Part shown: in pieces, positions 25,737 through 40,100 of the stretch
How the letters are laid out: every line of letters begins with the position of its first letter
Position numbering within the stretch: position 1 is the stretch's first letter
Source of the DNA: Tubiluchus corallicola
Taxonomy: Eukaryota; Animalia; Priapulida
Direction of reading: 5' to 3'
NCBI GenBank assembly: GCA_030141605.1
Contig: JAQGDQ010000186.1
Location: 310,001 to 374,000 of the forward strand
Length of the DNA: 64,000 bases
Made by a program: the position numbers and the translations under genes
The notes under the pieces: generated by a model
What the model was told of the DNA's origin: nothing
Databases searched by the model: none
Seen by the model: the letters and a program-made list of their open reading frames with translations, nothing else

Positions 25737-28105
25737 TGCTGTCAGTGTGATTTAGAGAAGCCTCAGTTTAAAACTTAAATCATTATAATATATTTAGTAA
25801 TTTCAACCGGAAAAGACACAATGAAAAAACAACAACAGTTACACCAAACTCTAGCAGCCAAATAAACACAAACGTAAGCTTTCAAGATAAGAAACCTTTG
25901 AATATTCCGTTTTCGATAATATTTGTTGTGTTAACTGCTATGAGTGGCTGTGATGATTGAAGTGTTTCACCAAAGTTGATAATACATGTTACTCTTTAAA
26001 AGACGCATTTGTGTGTTAATAAGTAATTACAATGACGATTAGTCTAATTATGGTTATTTGTTACTTTTTTCGCCTTTTTCATGCACAGAAATTACAGTAA
26101 CAGTGTGACCCGGGACAATGTTTTCATGTGGAGCTGTTCAATTGAGGATTAATAAAGTTCAGTAATTCATAACTGTCTGTCATTGCATATGTATATAGAA
26201 GAAACGAAGTTGCTCACCTTTGTTTTATTTTCACATTTTCGAAATAATAAAACTAAAGGGTCTATAATTATATAAATTAACAGCTATAGTGATTGCTCAG
26301 TCACTCCATTGTGTTCATCATTCTTTAGTCTTTACCAATGATGTCAATCGAAGTTTTGCAATTTTAGTAATACTTATTATAATTTTATTTACACCTGTAA
26401 TTTCTCCTGGCTTTATAAACAAAACGAATAAACACAACAAAACATTTCAATCTTATTTCAGGTCAATTTATTTTTGCCCAGATATTACACAATTTACCTT
26501 GCTTCAATCAGCTATATTCATTGTTCAGTCGCCCATCATGTTCATCACTCATTAATCATTAGCATTGTTGTCAATCAATTTTTAAAAATCTAATAAAACT
26601 CATTATGATTTTATTTACACTTATAGTTTCTCCTAATTTTTATAGATAAAACAAGCGTATACATGAAAATATTCATTTTTTGTTAAACAGCCTTTGGTTT
26701 TATTTTAGGCTATTCTTGCATAAACAACACAAGTTGTCTTACTTCAATCGCCCTTTAAAATCTTAACATAAGAAAGGAACTTATTGTAACGGTTGCATGA
26801 TGGTTGCAGTACACTCTTCCATCTCTAGTTTCTATAATAAGTTCTTCAGTATATCGAAACTGCAATGCACATTCTGTGGGTGATCAGCACATAAACAAAA
26901 TGGAAAAGTTCACAATCTTTAAGAGTCTAAACATAACCTAAAACAAACTCGGCTGCAATTTTCTGCCTGCTCAAGATAGGCTATGTAGACACCATCTATT
27001 TATTGAACCCACAAGAATTTTTTTGTCAACAATTGAATATAATTATTTACTACCATTCTTAGTTTCGTTCCTATTGGACAAGGCTTCTAAAAATGTAATC
27101 AAAGGAAAAACTGCTACCATTTAAATTCGTTAATTAACAAATAATCAATCTTTAACAATTTAAATGCTCTGTCATTCATAGCAAAAACAGCAATTAGCAT
27201 TGTTTTTACTGTAAGTTAACAGGAATGACATGCTCAGTATTCATTAACCAACTTCAAAAAACACTTAACATTCAGAAAAATAGATTACTGCACATATTTA
27301 ACATGTTAGAGTACTAGTACGTCATTCAGTACACCAAATGAGGAGCATGCATTTGCTCTATGTCTTACAGGATGATTGTCTTTTCTTACAAAATTATAAA
27401 TAGTATCAAACACCAGGATGCTGTATTCGACCATTCTGCAGCAAAAGCAGAAACAAAAAATAATCAGCTAGACTAAAAGAATAATCCAACAGTAAGCCAG
27501 ATCAGTGTTGATAACAATTTATATGATATTCATATTTTATAAAATCAGTCTATCTCACACAATGTAATGAATGCCATCACACTGGGTTTGTTATTGGGTT
27601 TTTACTTCATAATTGTTGAAAACTTTCAAATAATATCCACTTGAAATTTGTGTTATACTGGAAATGGGTATTATGCTGGTGCAGTAACTAGTTAAAGTTA
27701 CACTAGCTTCTACTTATTCAATCGTAGTTTCGTTAGTGACTTGAACACTGAAAGTTTCTACATGGGGACCGTGCAAAGTTTGTTGCACTGCTATGGGTAA
27801 GAAACATGAAAGCAGGGCCATTTCAATTCTAACACTTTCTGATGCCAAGACAAGCGCATAAACTATGCACTAATAAATTGATTTAAACTTAATGCCATGC
27901 TGTGATATAGCAGTTTGCATTTCAAAAGTAACATGGAAAACATATGTTACAAATAGTGACAACTGGAATTCACAGGTAAAATGAAGATAGTGCTATCACA
28001 TATATTGCATATTTTGATAAAACTTTGTACAATTCAAAACATATTTTACTGCAATAATCACTACATTAATTTTTACACATGTAACACTTTTTACACGACA
28101 TATTA

Positions 28106-31100
28106 CTAATCACATTTTTGCTTGATTGTAGTCATTATCAGATTAGTTTGGTTGATAAGACAGTTGGCACTGTGGTAAACTGCATCCGGCCTGTAAAAAC
28201 AACGAATAAATTTATATCATAATGCTGTCTAGTTGACTGCCTGGTTTTTCACTCCAGACTTTTTGACAATTCTTCTAATAAGTCTCTCAATTTTCATGAA
28301 TGACCAAAAAAGTCAAATGTAACTATTCTAATTTATTTATATTAAAGTAGCAGTGTATCTTGGGTAGCAAAACCACCAGTAAACTCAAAGTCTGGAGAAC
28401 TGCAAATAATAATTATCAATAAATGTAAACAACACAGACTTTAGCTCAAAATATAACATATAGCTGAATTACTGTTAGTACACTTCAGTTATTTTCTGCA
28501 TAGTAACACCTTACCGCTAGTGAATTTGGTTCTGGCTATTCTATTTAATTTATTACACGTAATATTTGTTATTCATGAGGCGGTATGATAGTTACCTAAA
28601 TCTGAAATTTTAATGTGTTACGGCATGGGTAAGCCGATAAAAGACTACTTTTTCAATTTTCAGTTAACATTCTTTTTCTATTTTATTAAGTTTCAATAAG
28701 TGAGAATAAGAATAATACTAAGCACTCTCAGGTGTACCAAATAATATTACTCATTATAAATCATTGATACTGTCAGACCTACATTATATTTGGTCAAACT
28801 TTGTGATTACATGTATAAGACAAAAAAATCATTTGATACAAGGATTACTCTTTAAATAAAGAAACAAAACATCATTTTCCTACATCCTAACCATGTAACC
28901 AGCTTCTTATCACAAAAGGATGCTGGCCTTATTTGGGAGGGAGCAAGATTTACAATTTAAGATACCGAGGAAATAAAAAGAAAACATTTGCATAAAACAA
29001 AAATGCATACTTACTGTCCTTCTCTAAAATAATCTTTTAACGTATTGCTAAATCGCTTTGAATACTTGACAAATTCCCTCTTTCGTGCTTCAACCATCTG
29101 CAAATAAATACAACAGTAAGCACAACGATTAAAAAATAAGAAGTTCAAGTAAAACTTTCATATTTACATTTGAAAAGTTCTGTGCAGGCAGTGTTTCTAT
29201 TTAATGTATTAAGAAAAAATGACAACGAATGCATTAAAAGAAATACCAGCGTTTTAAGCAGCATTTTATTACTTTGCCTTACTATTAATAGCAAAAACTT
29301 AGAAATTAACTCATGATCACTGAAGATCATGTACAAGTAAGAACCAATCAAATTTACCGATATTGTGCATTCATAAAAAGGTATAATTATGTAAATCGCA
29401 ATTTAACTTAATTAACAAGTCAACATCAAGTCAAAAGTATTAGTAAATTCCTTACAGAACAAGTAACAGTGTTATGCATTGATTTTATATTTGTTGTGGC
29501 TAATTCAAAGGATTTCGGAATTAACTACGTAATATACATACACTAGTTACAGACTAAGAAAATACTACAATCTAATTCGAAAGGGTTTAAAAAGTTTAAT
29601 CAAAACATGGTTATCATAAACATTATCACTTCATTTCAGTTCAAAATCAGTTTAAAAAATTGTTCAGCACAACATATGCTGAAAGATATGATAACAAAAA
29701 TTTTAATTGAAGTCTAGGTCACACACTATGGCTGTTAATGACCCCACTTAATAACGCCGAGCTACTGATACTCACATCACTAAAACTGATTCAACTGTCA
29801 ATAAAAATCATTGGCAAAGCAGCACGAATTGCCAGCACGAATTAAATAGACGCTAAAATGGCAAATACTATAGGTCCTGCACTAACTGTTTGCAAACTGT
29901 CTGACAGATTTGGCAACGTCAATGTTTACACATCCGGAACTATGTTTTCTTTAATTATTCGTCTTTCAGGTGCCATTATATAAAGGCCATTTTCCTTATC
30001 TTCTAATTTGAAAACAAAATGCCATGTAATAATAAAATTATCTTGCAACAAAATTGTGGTTCAATTTGGTATCTTACAAATAGATACATATTTGAAGATT
30101 ACAGATTTGTGATACATGATCAGTATAACCTACTGTACTGAATCTTTAGCCTTAGCCTATCTTAATATTTGTATTAATTTTGTTGCTATTGCATTTTGCA
30201 TCATTTATCTTTCATTAGTTGTCTGCTGAAGATAGAACGAAAAAGAAAAAAATCCTTGTTTTTTGTCTTGGACCCCCTTTATAATCTACTGTATGAGACA
30301 GGTCCCACACGAGCGTAACCCACTTCTGTGGCAAAGATTCCAAAATATTTTGTGTGGCTACAATTTCTTAACTGCATGAATGTTCCATGTGTAGTTAATG
30401 TCAAAAAAAGTAGAAGCCGTTATCGTATTTTGTCAAATAATGTCTTAACGTTTTACCAGAAAATAATAAATGTTACATTACCAGAAAATAATTAAGGTTA
30501 CATTACTGATCACATCATTCGTGTGCCTTTTGTGGGTTTTCCAGTAGCTGAGCAGATAAAAATGATGGAGTGTTATTGCAAAGACAGAATTCAAATTTCA
30601 CAAACCTGTCTGCCTTGTTGATTTTGGACATATATAAATATATTATTAACAGCATCTAGCAACTTCTTTATAGCACTAGCTATTTCCCTGAAAATATAAA
30701 CTTTCAGTTAACTGACTGCACCAAATGTTTGCTGGGAATACAGTAAGCTAGCAAAAATTATACAAACAGAAATCGCTACGTCCAACTGATTCCTAGTTCA
30801 TGATACAAACAATGCTAGTTAAACAAATGTCACACAATACATTACAGCGAATAACTGCAAATTTGGGAAGAATCATTCAAATGCTGATACAAGCTTCAAA
30901 TTTGGCATAAATAATCTTGAATCTATTGCACCTGCCATATGAATGGTTTTTACTTCCCCCTGCTACCACAGCAGACACAAAGTACACAAGTTGCAACATT
31001 TAGCATATACAATAAACTGAAAGTTTACAATTAGAAGCATCAGTGTTACAAATACTTCCATAGCCAAGACAATTCAGTATTCAAGAAATGTTCTTTTACA

Positions 31101-34100
31101 ACTATGAATTTTCAACATAATTATACAGTTTTTTTATTTATTTTGTAATAAATAAAACAACATCGCAAACTTGCATCACAGTGCTTGTAAAACATTTCGT
31201 GATTAATATTGCTTAGCTTACTTAATTGTCTCAAGGAAAGCCTTTCTGTCATTAATTTCATCAGGTATTCGACTTAAAATCTTTTTCAGTGTGGCTGATC
31301 TGTGGTTAAGTTCTTTAAATGCCATCTCTGGGCGATTCACAACAAATTCTAGAACAAACAAAGCAATCTATTAAAGAAAAACTTAAACATATACTAAAAA
31401 TATCCTTTAATATGGAGTTAGCCATACTGCCATTTATTAATCACATCGCTTTAAATTTTGTTAAAGCACATCTTTTAATGTACATTCTAAAATCTGTACC
31501 AGTATTTTTCCCTAGTACTGGTAATGTCATTTTCAATTGTCTGGCACAACAGAAGCCCAGTTGTTCAACAAGTGATCCAATCCACTTCATATATGATTGA
31601 TAAAGCACATCCCATGCACTTTTGGAAAACTGTAGGATGTTACACCTAGAAAATTAGCTCTGCTACTAAAATACCATTTAAATTTCATGGATCTCTTAAA
31701 AAGGTAGTAAAGAACGATCATTAAAGGCAGTAAAGAGCAATCAGCAGTTCCTGAACATCACCATACAGTTTGGCTAAGCTAACTTTTATAGCTAACTCTA
31801 CTCTGTGAGCTACACAGTGAACCATAATTAACTAGTCCATTCTGTCATTTTTCAGTCTATTCAGTAAGCCATTGTACTAGTATTAAGTGAATGCACCCTC
31901 CAAGTCTCCGACTTGGCTGGATGAACTTATCCATTTCATGAATCTTTCTTGCAGCACGGATATTTTGCAGCCGTTTCCTTCAGAGAATATCGAGTCTATG
32001 ATTTCTTTCAAAATTTTTGCATCCGCATCACCAAAATCATCTATGTTCTGCAGCACAAGTTCCTTTTTTACAGTAAGGGCTCCATCTATTGAGGGCTATG
32101 ATGCTGCTAAACACACTGAAAGCTGAATGCTTGACTATGCAGACATAATCATTTTTTGAATGAATAGTATAAATTTTTGATCGGTCAGCGGACAGAAAAC
32201 ACACCTGTTGGGAGCCGTTTGGACCACTGCGCCAAGTAGACCAATTGGTCTACTTGGGCTGCCCAAGTAGGACACTAGAGACAGGTCGTGAATTCAGTCG
32301 TTAAGTGTACTGACACCGTCCGTTGTGCTTGTTTATGTAATAATAATAATTAAAAACGTTAATACACGTTGAATAATTTATTATACATCTAATAAAATAA
32401 AAGAATTTTATTCTGAGCTGGTAGAACGGACAATATTAAATTTGGTTTCGATATTAATGTTGTTGAAGTGAAAAAACCCCACTTTTTTGCGAATTCAACA
32501 TTTGTTTAAGGTATATCATTTTTGATTTTGTCTCACTTCACAAACAGGTGATCCGTTTCACTACCTCTTGGGCAAATAATTGTTTTCTTATATGTAAACG
32601 TTCTAGCGATCTATGTGTCCTACATGGGCTAGCGAGCCATGTAGGACAGTGCCCTACATGTTACAATACTACTGATAATATTAAAACTAATTATCCTTGC
32701 TTTTCTTAAATGTTAAAAATTACTTTTTGGTGTTGTGAAGGCTTAGCAGCATCTGTCTCATTTTTAAATTTGCAATTATTTCTGTAATAACTGTGTGCAG
32801 AATTTCTCTCTTTAAAGCATTAGATACTAGGTTTAATGTTATGATATATTAATGGAGTTAATCATAATGATGAAATTATTGTAAGAAATGCATTTGTAAA
32901 TTGCCAAGGAATATCCATTTCTAAAAGAAATTTTGTTTTATGCTTTATTATGCCATAACAATACTTATAAACAATGGTAATATAAACTGGAAACAAGTTT
33001 TGCCAGAGCAAGTTTCTCGACAAAAATCGCTAGTGTCCTACTTGGGCTGCCCATGTAGGACACTACTTTTAGCGCATCAAGTGGTCTACTTGGCGCAGTG
33101 GTCCAAACGGCTCCCAACAACACACCATGTGATCAATGCAGCACCTATCTTTGGCAAAGTGTAAAAGACCCGGAGTGCAAGCAGAAGCAAAGATTGCTCA
33201 TATTGAACGTTTCTAAGCAAGCGCGGTTTAGGGCTCAATTTAGCGATTTTGATATTTGCAACCTATTTTTTAACTGTCAAAAAATTTATTCGTTCACACC
33301 GTGAGTGACATCATAATTGGATTAAAAAAGATAAGTTTTTATTCACAAAATGCAATAGGAGCCAGTGAGTCACGAGTGTATTTTCCATAAGAGGGGTGCA
33401 GTAAAAGGCACTTCTAAATTCAAAATAGCGGGCATGATGAGGAGGCATGATCTCACTCTTCCAAATGCAATATTCTGTCATATAGGGTACCACAAATTTC
33501 TTACAGCAGCGACAACATACAGTAGACTGAACAAGATGAGCAGCTGCAAAAGTGCGATGCTGTAAAAAGATTTGCCACAGTGGCCATACAGTACAGCTGT
33601 GTTATGTAGCTACATTCAACCTGTTGTGCCTTTTAAATTTGTAGATAACAAATTTTACTCAAATTAACATGCAGAGCAATTCTTTCAAAAACTTGCTAAC
33701 TTTTCTAGTTTTATAATGCTTACTATATTAATAATATGTATAGTATGCATATGCGTATAAACTCTTCATTTCATGCTGGCAGTAGCATTCTCACTAATAG
33801 GGCTAAAATCAAATGTTAAAAATCCCCTCCCAAATCATGTATATTTTTTGAATGACGTATAGAAAAGCATTGTTCGGTTCGACCTGATTCAGCACCGCAT
33901 CTAGTTCGAGTTGATTCAGATCGGTCAATGTTTTTATTGCTACATTTGATTTGGGGCAACTCGATTCTAACATAAAAAGTTTGACAGTGGCTCAATTCGG
34001 AAAATTAAAGGTTCGCCATTAACACATTTTCGAAACATTTATCCAACTCATAATGTACGCTCCTACATCTCAACATATAGGCTTTCACTCTGTACCATCA

Positions 34101-37100
34101 AATAAATTATATGACTACTGTTAGAAAAGGTACCTGGATTAGTTTGATGTCCTTCTAAGCGGAGCATGTTCTCATTCATATTTACAGGTAAATCAACACG
34201 TGTCAATACGCCATTGACCAAGTCATATGTGAAACCTGGATGCATGGCCTCTACCTATAAATACAATCAATATCCATATTCACCAATACTTTAAAACAGC
34301 TAAAAATAAATATACGTGTAATAAATGGCTGCTTTATTAAGGTTTTGACTAATTGAGGAATACAATAGTGAGCTAGTTTAGAAGAAACGGCAAGTAGCCT
34401 TACTAGCCTGACAAACAGTGAATGGAGGAGCAAATGCTCTTAAATCACTATATCGTATCAAAGTGTTAAAAAAACAAACGAGTCTACAACTACGCTGTTT
34501 AGTGTAATTTGTCTGTGTGGAAAAATACTCTCACACAGACTAATTTTGAAGTGCACTTTTTGTGTCTTTTTTTGGTATTTACTTAGCCTTCATTGCACTG
34601 AGCAGCTCCTGAATGTGTGAAAAAAAGGATGGTGAAACTTCAGAATCACTGTAGGTAGGCAACAGGTATTTTATAGACAAGTTTTCCCGGCATAATAGCA
34701 CAGAGGAGCTTGAGCCGTTTTTGGGGTTGAATATCTCCTTCAGGTTTTTCCTCCTAAGGCGACAGATCTAATACAACCTGCTGATTCATCATTTGGAAAG
34801 AAAAATGGAACATGAAGAAACTGGAACTCATACGAGGCAATCACTGGAAGGATAGAGTCTGCTAGGATAGCAATTGATTAAGGAAACATCAGCAGCTAGG
34901 AAAGAGCTTCATCCTAAAACTGGTAACCAACCCTGCACGTGCAGTAAATGCTCAGTAAGAAGAACACATCACGACTTTTGCCAGGAAAGCAATAATGCGC
35001 ACTGAACCTGGCGCTAGATGTGGACGGCAAATGGAATACTATGCAACTATACCCATACTGCAGGAAATCATAGCAAAAATACCAAAAAGAGTTCAAAGGC
35101 AAGTCTAGCAGTGAAGAAACTTATAGCTCAGAGGTTGAGTCTGCTGTATAAGATTCTGGTTGAAAATCAAAACACTGTTCCTGTCATTTGAATTTCATTG
35201 AAAATAAACTTTATATTGGAATTGTATGACAAATTTAACGAAATTAATTTGAGCAGAAAATTAGTCTTACACAGACTAATTACACTAAACAGCGTCGTAC
35301 TTTATAGAAAGAGCTTGAACTCGCCCTAACAAACTGCAACCTTATTTGCAATTGAAACTGTCTTTTGTCCAAATAATTGATGTCATGAAGCTAATTTATA
35401 AGTTACAAGTGTTACAGCCTCCATCTGTTCAATGATTAAATATGCAATTTTTCGCAATGTTTAAAGACATTTTAAAACACAGTGCTCGCTTTCAATTGCG
35501 CCGCATAGACATTTTACTATTTATTAAAGTTTATACAGATTTCAACAGCAAGTACCAGCTGAACTACCATTTAAGAAATAAATAAACAAGACTATTACAC
35601 AAACATGGACCCATTCCCAGCGTGTTTATCACTCGACCTCTACGGCAGTCCAGTGAGGTATACTTATGTGTGACTTAGCAGTTTTCTGACCACTTTTGTC
35701 AATTGGCTATGCCTAGTGTTCACGACAAAAATGCAGTTCATGACAATGCATGACAAGAATGATCACTTAGGCCCCATTCATGGAATAAGTCCAATAAAAA
35801 CATCATAATTCCATAAGATAGTCACTAAAATTCACATTACACAGTCTTGCCTTGAAGATAACAGCCAATTCCCAATACAAAATAAGTAAAATGTTACTGC
35901 TCAGCTAAATATTTACACTTACTTTATCAAAAGCGATGCGAAGTGTTTGAGCAGCTGCCTTGTCCTTTGTGCCAAGCTGAAAATGAAACAAACAATTTAA
36001 ATTCTCTGAAGCTTAACAGTCAAAAAGATTGACATTCACCTAGACAATATATTAGAAAATATCCCATATAGCATAGACTACTAAACATAATCACTTGCAA
36101 TATTCATAATCAGTTACTATAGCCGTTTTGATGTCACTATACCACTTTTTGCAAAAATAACACTTGTTCAAATAGGGATAGATGGGAACTTTTTGAAAAA
36201 CTGCACTCAAATGCTGTAGAACATTCTTTTGCAAAAACACTTGAGCACAGCTGATTTTTAAGTTCAATACAGACAAATTTGTCAGATTTCCAGATCAGCA
36301 GATGTTCACATGGCTCAATAATTAACATAGTTTAGCCCATACAAGAGAGTGTGCATGCATAAATTTGTCATTCCAGTTCAATAAATAAAGTACACAATGG
36401 TACAGTAACTGATGAGCAGTATTTTTTGTCTATATTTGTTTCTATGTGCTGGCTGCCGCAATGAGCATGGGAGTATCCCAGGGTAGAATATTCAATATTT
36501 CAAATAATTTGTTCTCGAACACTCGAGTAATAAATTATTCAAAATTTTCAGCCTATTATAAAATGCTTTCAAAACTAGACTATACAAACTAGAATGCCTC
36601 ATTACCATGAAAATTGTCTAACAATATTTGTTGAAGCACAGCAGAGTTGCCAGTTTGTAGATAAATTTGTTACACGTAATTTAGAAATTGAGCACATATT
36701 CAATTCAATTTATTTTATTGGACATTACACACAATACAAAACTAAACCATCTAGCAACACGATAAATTTTATGAATACTGAATACTATTAACAGTTTGCA
36801 GATAAGTATATGTGTGAGTAAAAACATATCTAAGATTACTAAGCATATCGCTATATACAAAGAAAGGAAAGATAAGCATTTTGTACATAATTCATGTCTT
36901 ACTTTGTTATTAATAGGAATATAGATACAGGTTGGGTTTACTAAACATAGATAAATAAGCAAATCGCCATTTACAAAATAGAAACAAAAGAAGCATTCTG
37001 TACATAGTTTATATCTTACCTTATTATAAAACAGGAATAAAAATACAGGTTGAGTTTGCCAAATCACAGTATACATATTGTAGTTCATCAAAATAAATAG

Positions 37101-40100
37101 AATTTTATTAACAAAATTAAACAAGCAAACATAATGGAAGAGAATATATATGCATAAATATACATTATCCATCAATATTAAGGTAATTATTGTGGTTTCC
37201 TTGGTAGTTTGAGACAAAAAACTTTAGCTAGAGCAATACATGGAAATAGTAACGTTATGAGGAAGTACTTTTTTCAGGAAGTTTGAAAGAACTGTTAATA
37301 ACCACTTTTATGTTATTATTATTTTGAGGTAATCACTCGCTGTCTCTTTAAAAAACATTTTGATGCGAATTGTCCAAGTAGGTTTATATCATTTGCGACT
37401 TTATATATATATATATATATATATAATGGACAAACAAATATAAAATGTAGTTCATTTTCTACAACAAAGCTATTAATATTGTTCTTGCAATATGAGCATA
37501 TATCGTTTTCTATTTGTTGGTGTATCTTGCCTTTTCTATCTCTAAATCATGGTCACTTATTTTTATTTTGGTTAAGTTTCACCCTTTCTTTTTATTTCTT
37601 ACTGCTGTTAAGTAGTATTCAATTTCACAGCCAATTTTACCTGTCTATAAAATCTTACTTGTTACTACCACTTTTTCTGTTGTCATTCTGCATGTCTTTG
37701 AAAAACAATTCTTCATAATTTTGTTATAGGCCATTTTTTAAACAATTCTTCATAATTTTGTTATAGGCCATTTTCAGTGCACTTAGTTTTTTTGGTAAGG
37801 TGATAACTGTGGAGGTCTTCATATTTTGAAAAGTAATCTGGAAAACATAAACGAGTTGGGTGGAAATAATCTGGGTTGTTTAGTTGATAAAATAGTGTCT
37901 TGAATACAGTATTTCGTGGTTTTACATGTACAGATGGACCGCATTTGACCACCAATTTTGTTGCATTTAATAGTAAGAGGTATAAACCAAGTTTTGCTTG
38001 CAAGCAATGTTAGAAGCTGTGGATCGGACTTGTAAGACCCACTTTGCCAAGCGGTTTTGAATATATTCAAACGGGAAGCGATTCCATGTTCCAAGTACTT
38101 TTCTGTATCGTGTTTGTCTATTTTATTCAGTTTGTTGAAGTACGAAGCGGACCATATTTCAAAGCCATACAGTGAGTGAGTTTATTTGTGTATATTTGTG
38201 TGGCAAATGAAAAGTTATAATTAAAGATCAATGTTTTAAGCTTGAAAAGAGCCCTTAAACATTTCATTGTTTCCGTGTGCTTATGGTACATTCCTGTGTT
38301 TATGAAGTAAACCCCTAAGTATTTTATGTGTATTTCTGTTTTGAGACTTATTGAGTTGCAGCTAAGCGTTTGGTTTCCGAGGGTTTTTTCCCCAAATACA
38401 ACTACCCTTATTTTTCTGTAATTAATGTGTAGAAGATTATTTTCGGTATGTGATGTTAATTCATTACTGTTTCTTTGAGAGCCATGTCTGTTGATGCTTA
38501 ACCACTTCACTGTATGATGAGAATCTCCCATCATGAAAATGCTATTCCGACTGGCCTGCATGACGACGAGACTCTACCATCATGCTAAATATGCAAATTA
38601 ACTGATGCCTACGCCAGTAGCAATAATACTTACACATGCCACGTGCAATTGAGGAATCTAGCAATGAGAACAAAAACTATGCTACGTTGCCACTGCTGCA
38701 TAGCTTTCCTGTATCTTTGTCGATTTTTTTGTCCTCAAATGGCCCAGACAAGATGCAGTTTGCAGCAAATTAGGGACTACCTTGCAAAATTTGGGATTGA
38801 GTCCTCAGATAATGGTAGGTGAAGCCAGTCCATACGTGTAATTACATGAATATTTCAACATTGTATGGTTGATAAATTGAGTACATCCAAGCTAAAAATT
38901 ACAGCATTAAGCCTGCCTTTATTTCTTCCACACACTATAATGGCTATTGGGTCAAACATTTGACAACACTGCTCATACATATTTTACAAGAAATTTTGTA
39001 CAAAATACGACACTCGAACTGTACTGATTCAGTGAAGGATGGCCAAACTGTATGTGTGTATGCTTGCATTATGCGTATGTGTGAATGTTTGTGTGATGTG
39101 TGCATACATGTCCATGTAAACACATGCATATAAATTAGGCAATATTTGCTCATGTATGTATGTTTGAATGTGCAATGCTTTTTTTAGAATCACAAAGTAT
39201 CAATTCAAGTGTAGAGATGATGATGGTGATGATACTGATGACAATGGTGATGACACTGATGACGACAATGATATTGACACTAATACTTTTAGAAAAAATT
39301 ACAGTTACAGTATTTTTGTGAATTTAAATCATAATGAAACTTTATTTGTAACAACACAACAATATTTTGCATATCAGAAACTTTGCTTTCATTTTATTCT
39401 GCTTTCCCGCCCTCTTTTTTCTCAGCATTCTTCATCATTCTCACAAGTTTGCTAATACATCGATGAGAGATGGTAGCAACAATGACATTGGTAATAGCTG
39501 CGGCACTGGTGGTGGTGGTGGTGGGGGAGGGGGGTTGTCACAACAGCTATGATGGCAGCAACGGCAATAGTAACAATAGAAGTGGTGGTGATGTAGTAAC
39601 AACCATACTATAATAACATTGCAGTGCCCATAGCAGTAGCAACTTTTCATTTTACTTAAATATTCTTGTGCGTCAGCTGGAATACAAATTGCACAGCAGT
39701 GAAGTGGTTAATAAAACCAAATTGTCTGCATACTGCAAACATGTAATTTGTTTCTGAAGTACTGGGGCTTCGCCATCAATTTCAATTTCAATTTATTGCT
39801 CAAATACATAATTATAATGTACATTGGTAAAACACAATACAATACAGTACAATACATACAGTGCTTTGTATTGCACTTTGCTTTGTGCAAAAGGTTATTT
39901 AGTAACATTCAGTGTTAGTAGTAACAATCATTAATATTTTTGGTATAATTTGTATTACATAGATAACTTAGCTAACTAATTAAATGGAAGTAGACTGATA
40001 CAAAATCACAGTTAAATGTTGTATTTTTCAGCAATGGATGTGTCAGCACATCTGACAATATTAATAAGTATTAATGAGACATTATATAAGTACTAATAAC

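Noticed and set aside
28180-28200. gcatccggcctgtaaaaac resembling a widespread invertebrate SINE motif
   Set aside because: It is the reverse complement of the PDCD10 last-exon acceptor plus the codons for PDA, so the match is coincidental.
36705-37217. 170-aa hydrophobic minus-strand ORF
   Set aside because: AT-rich intronic sequence overlapping a tandem duplication; composition-driven, with no recognisable domain.
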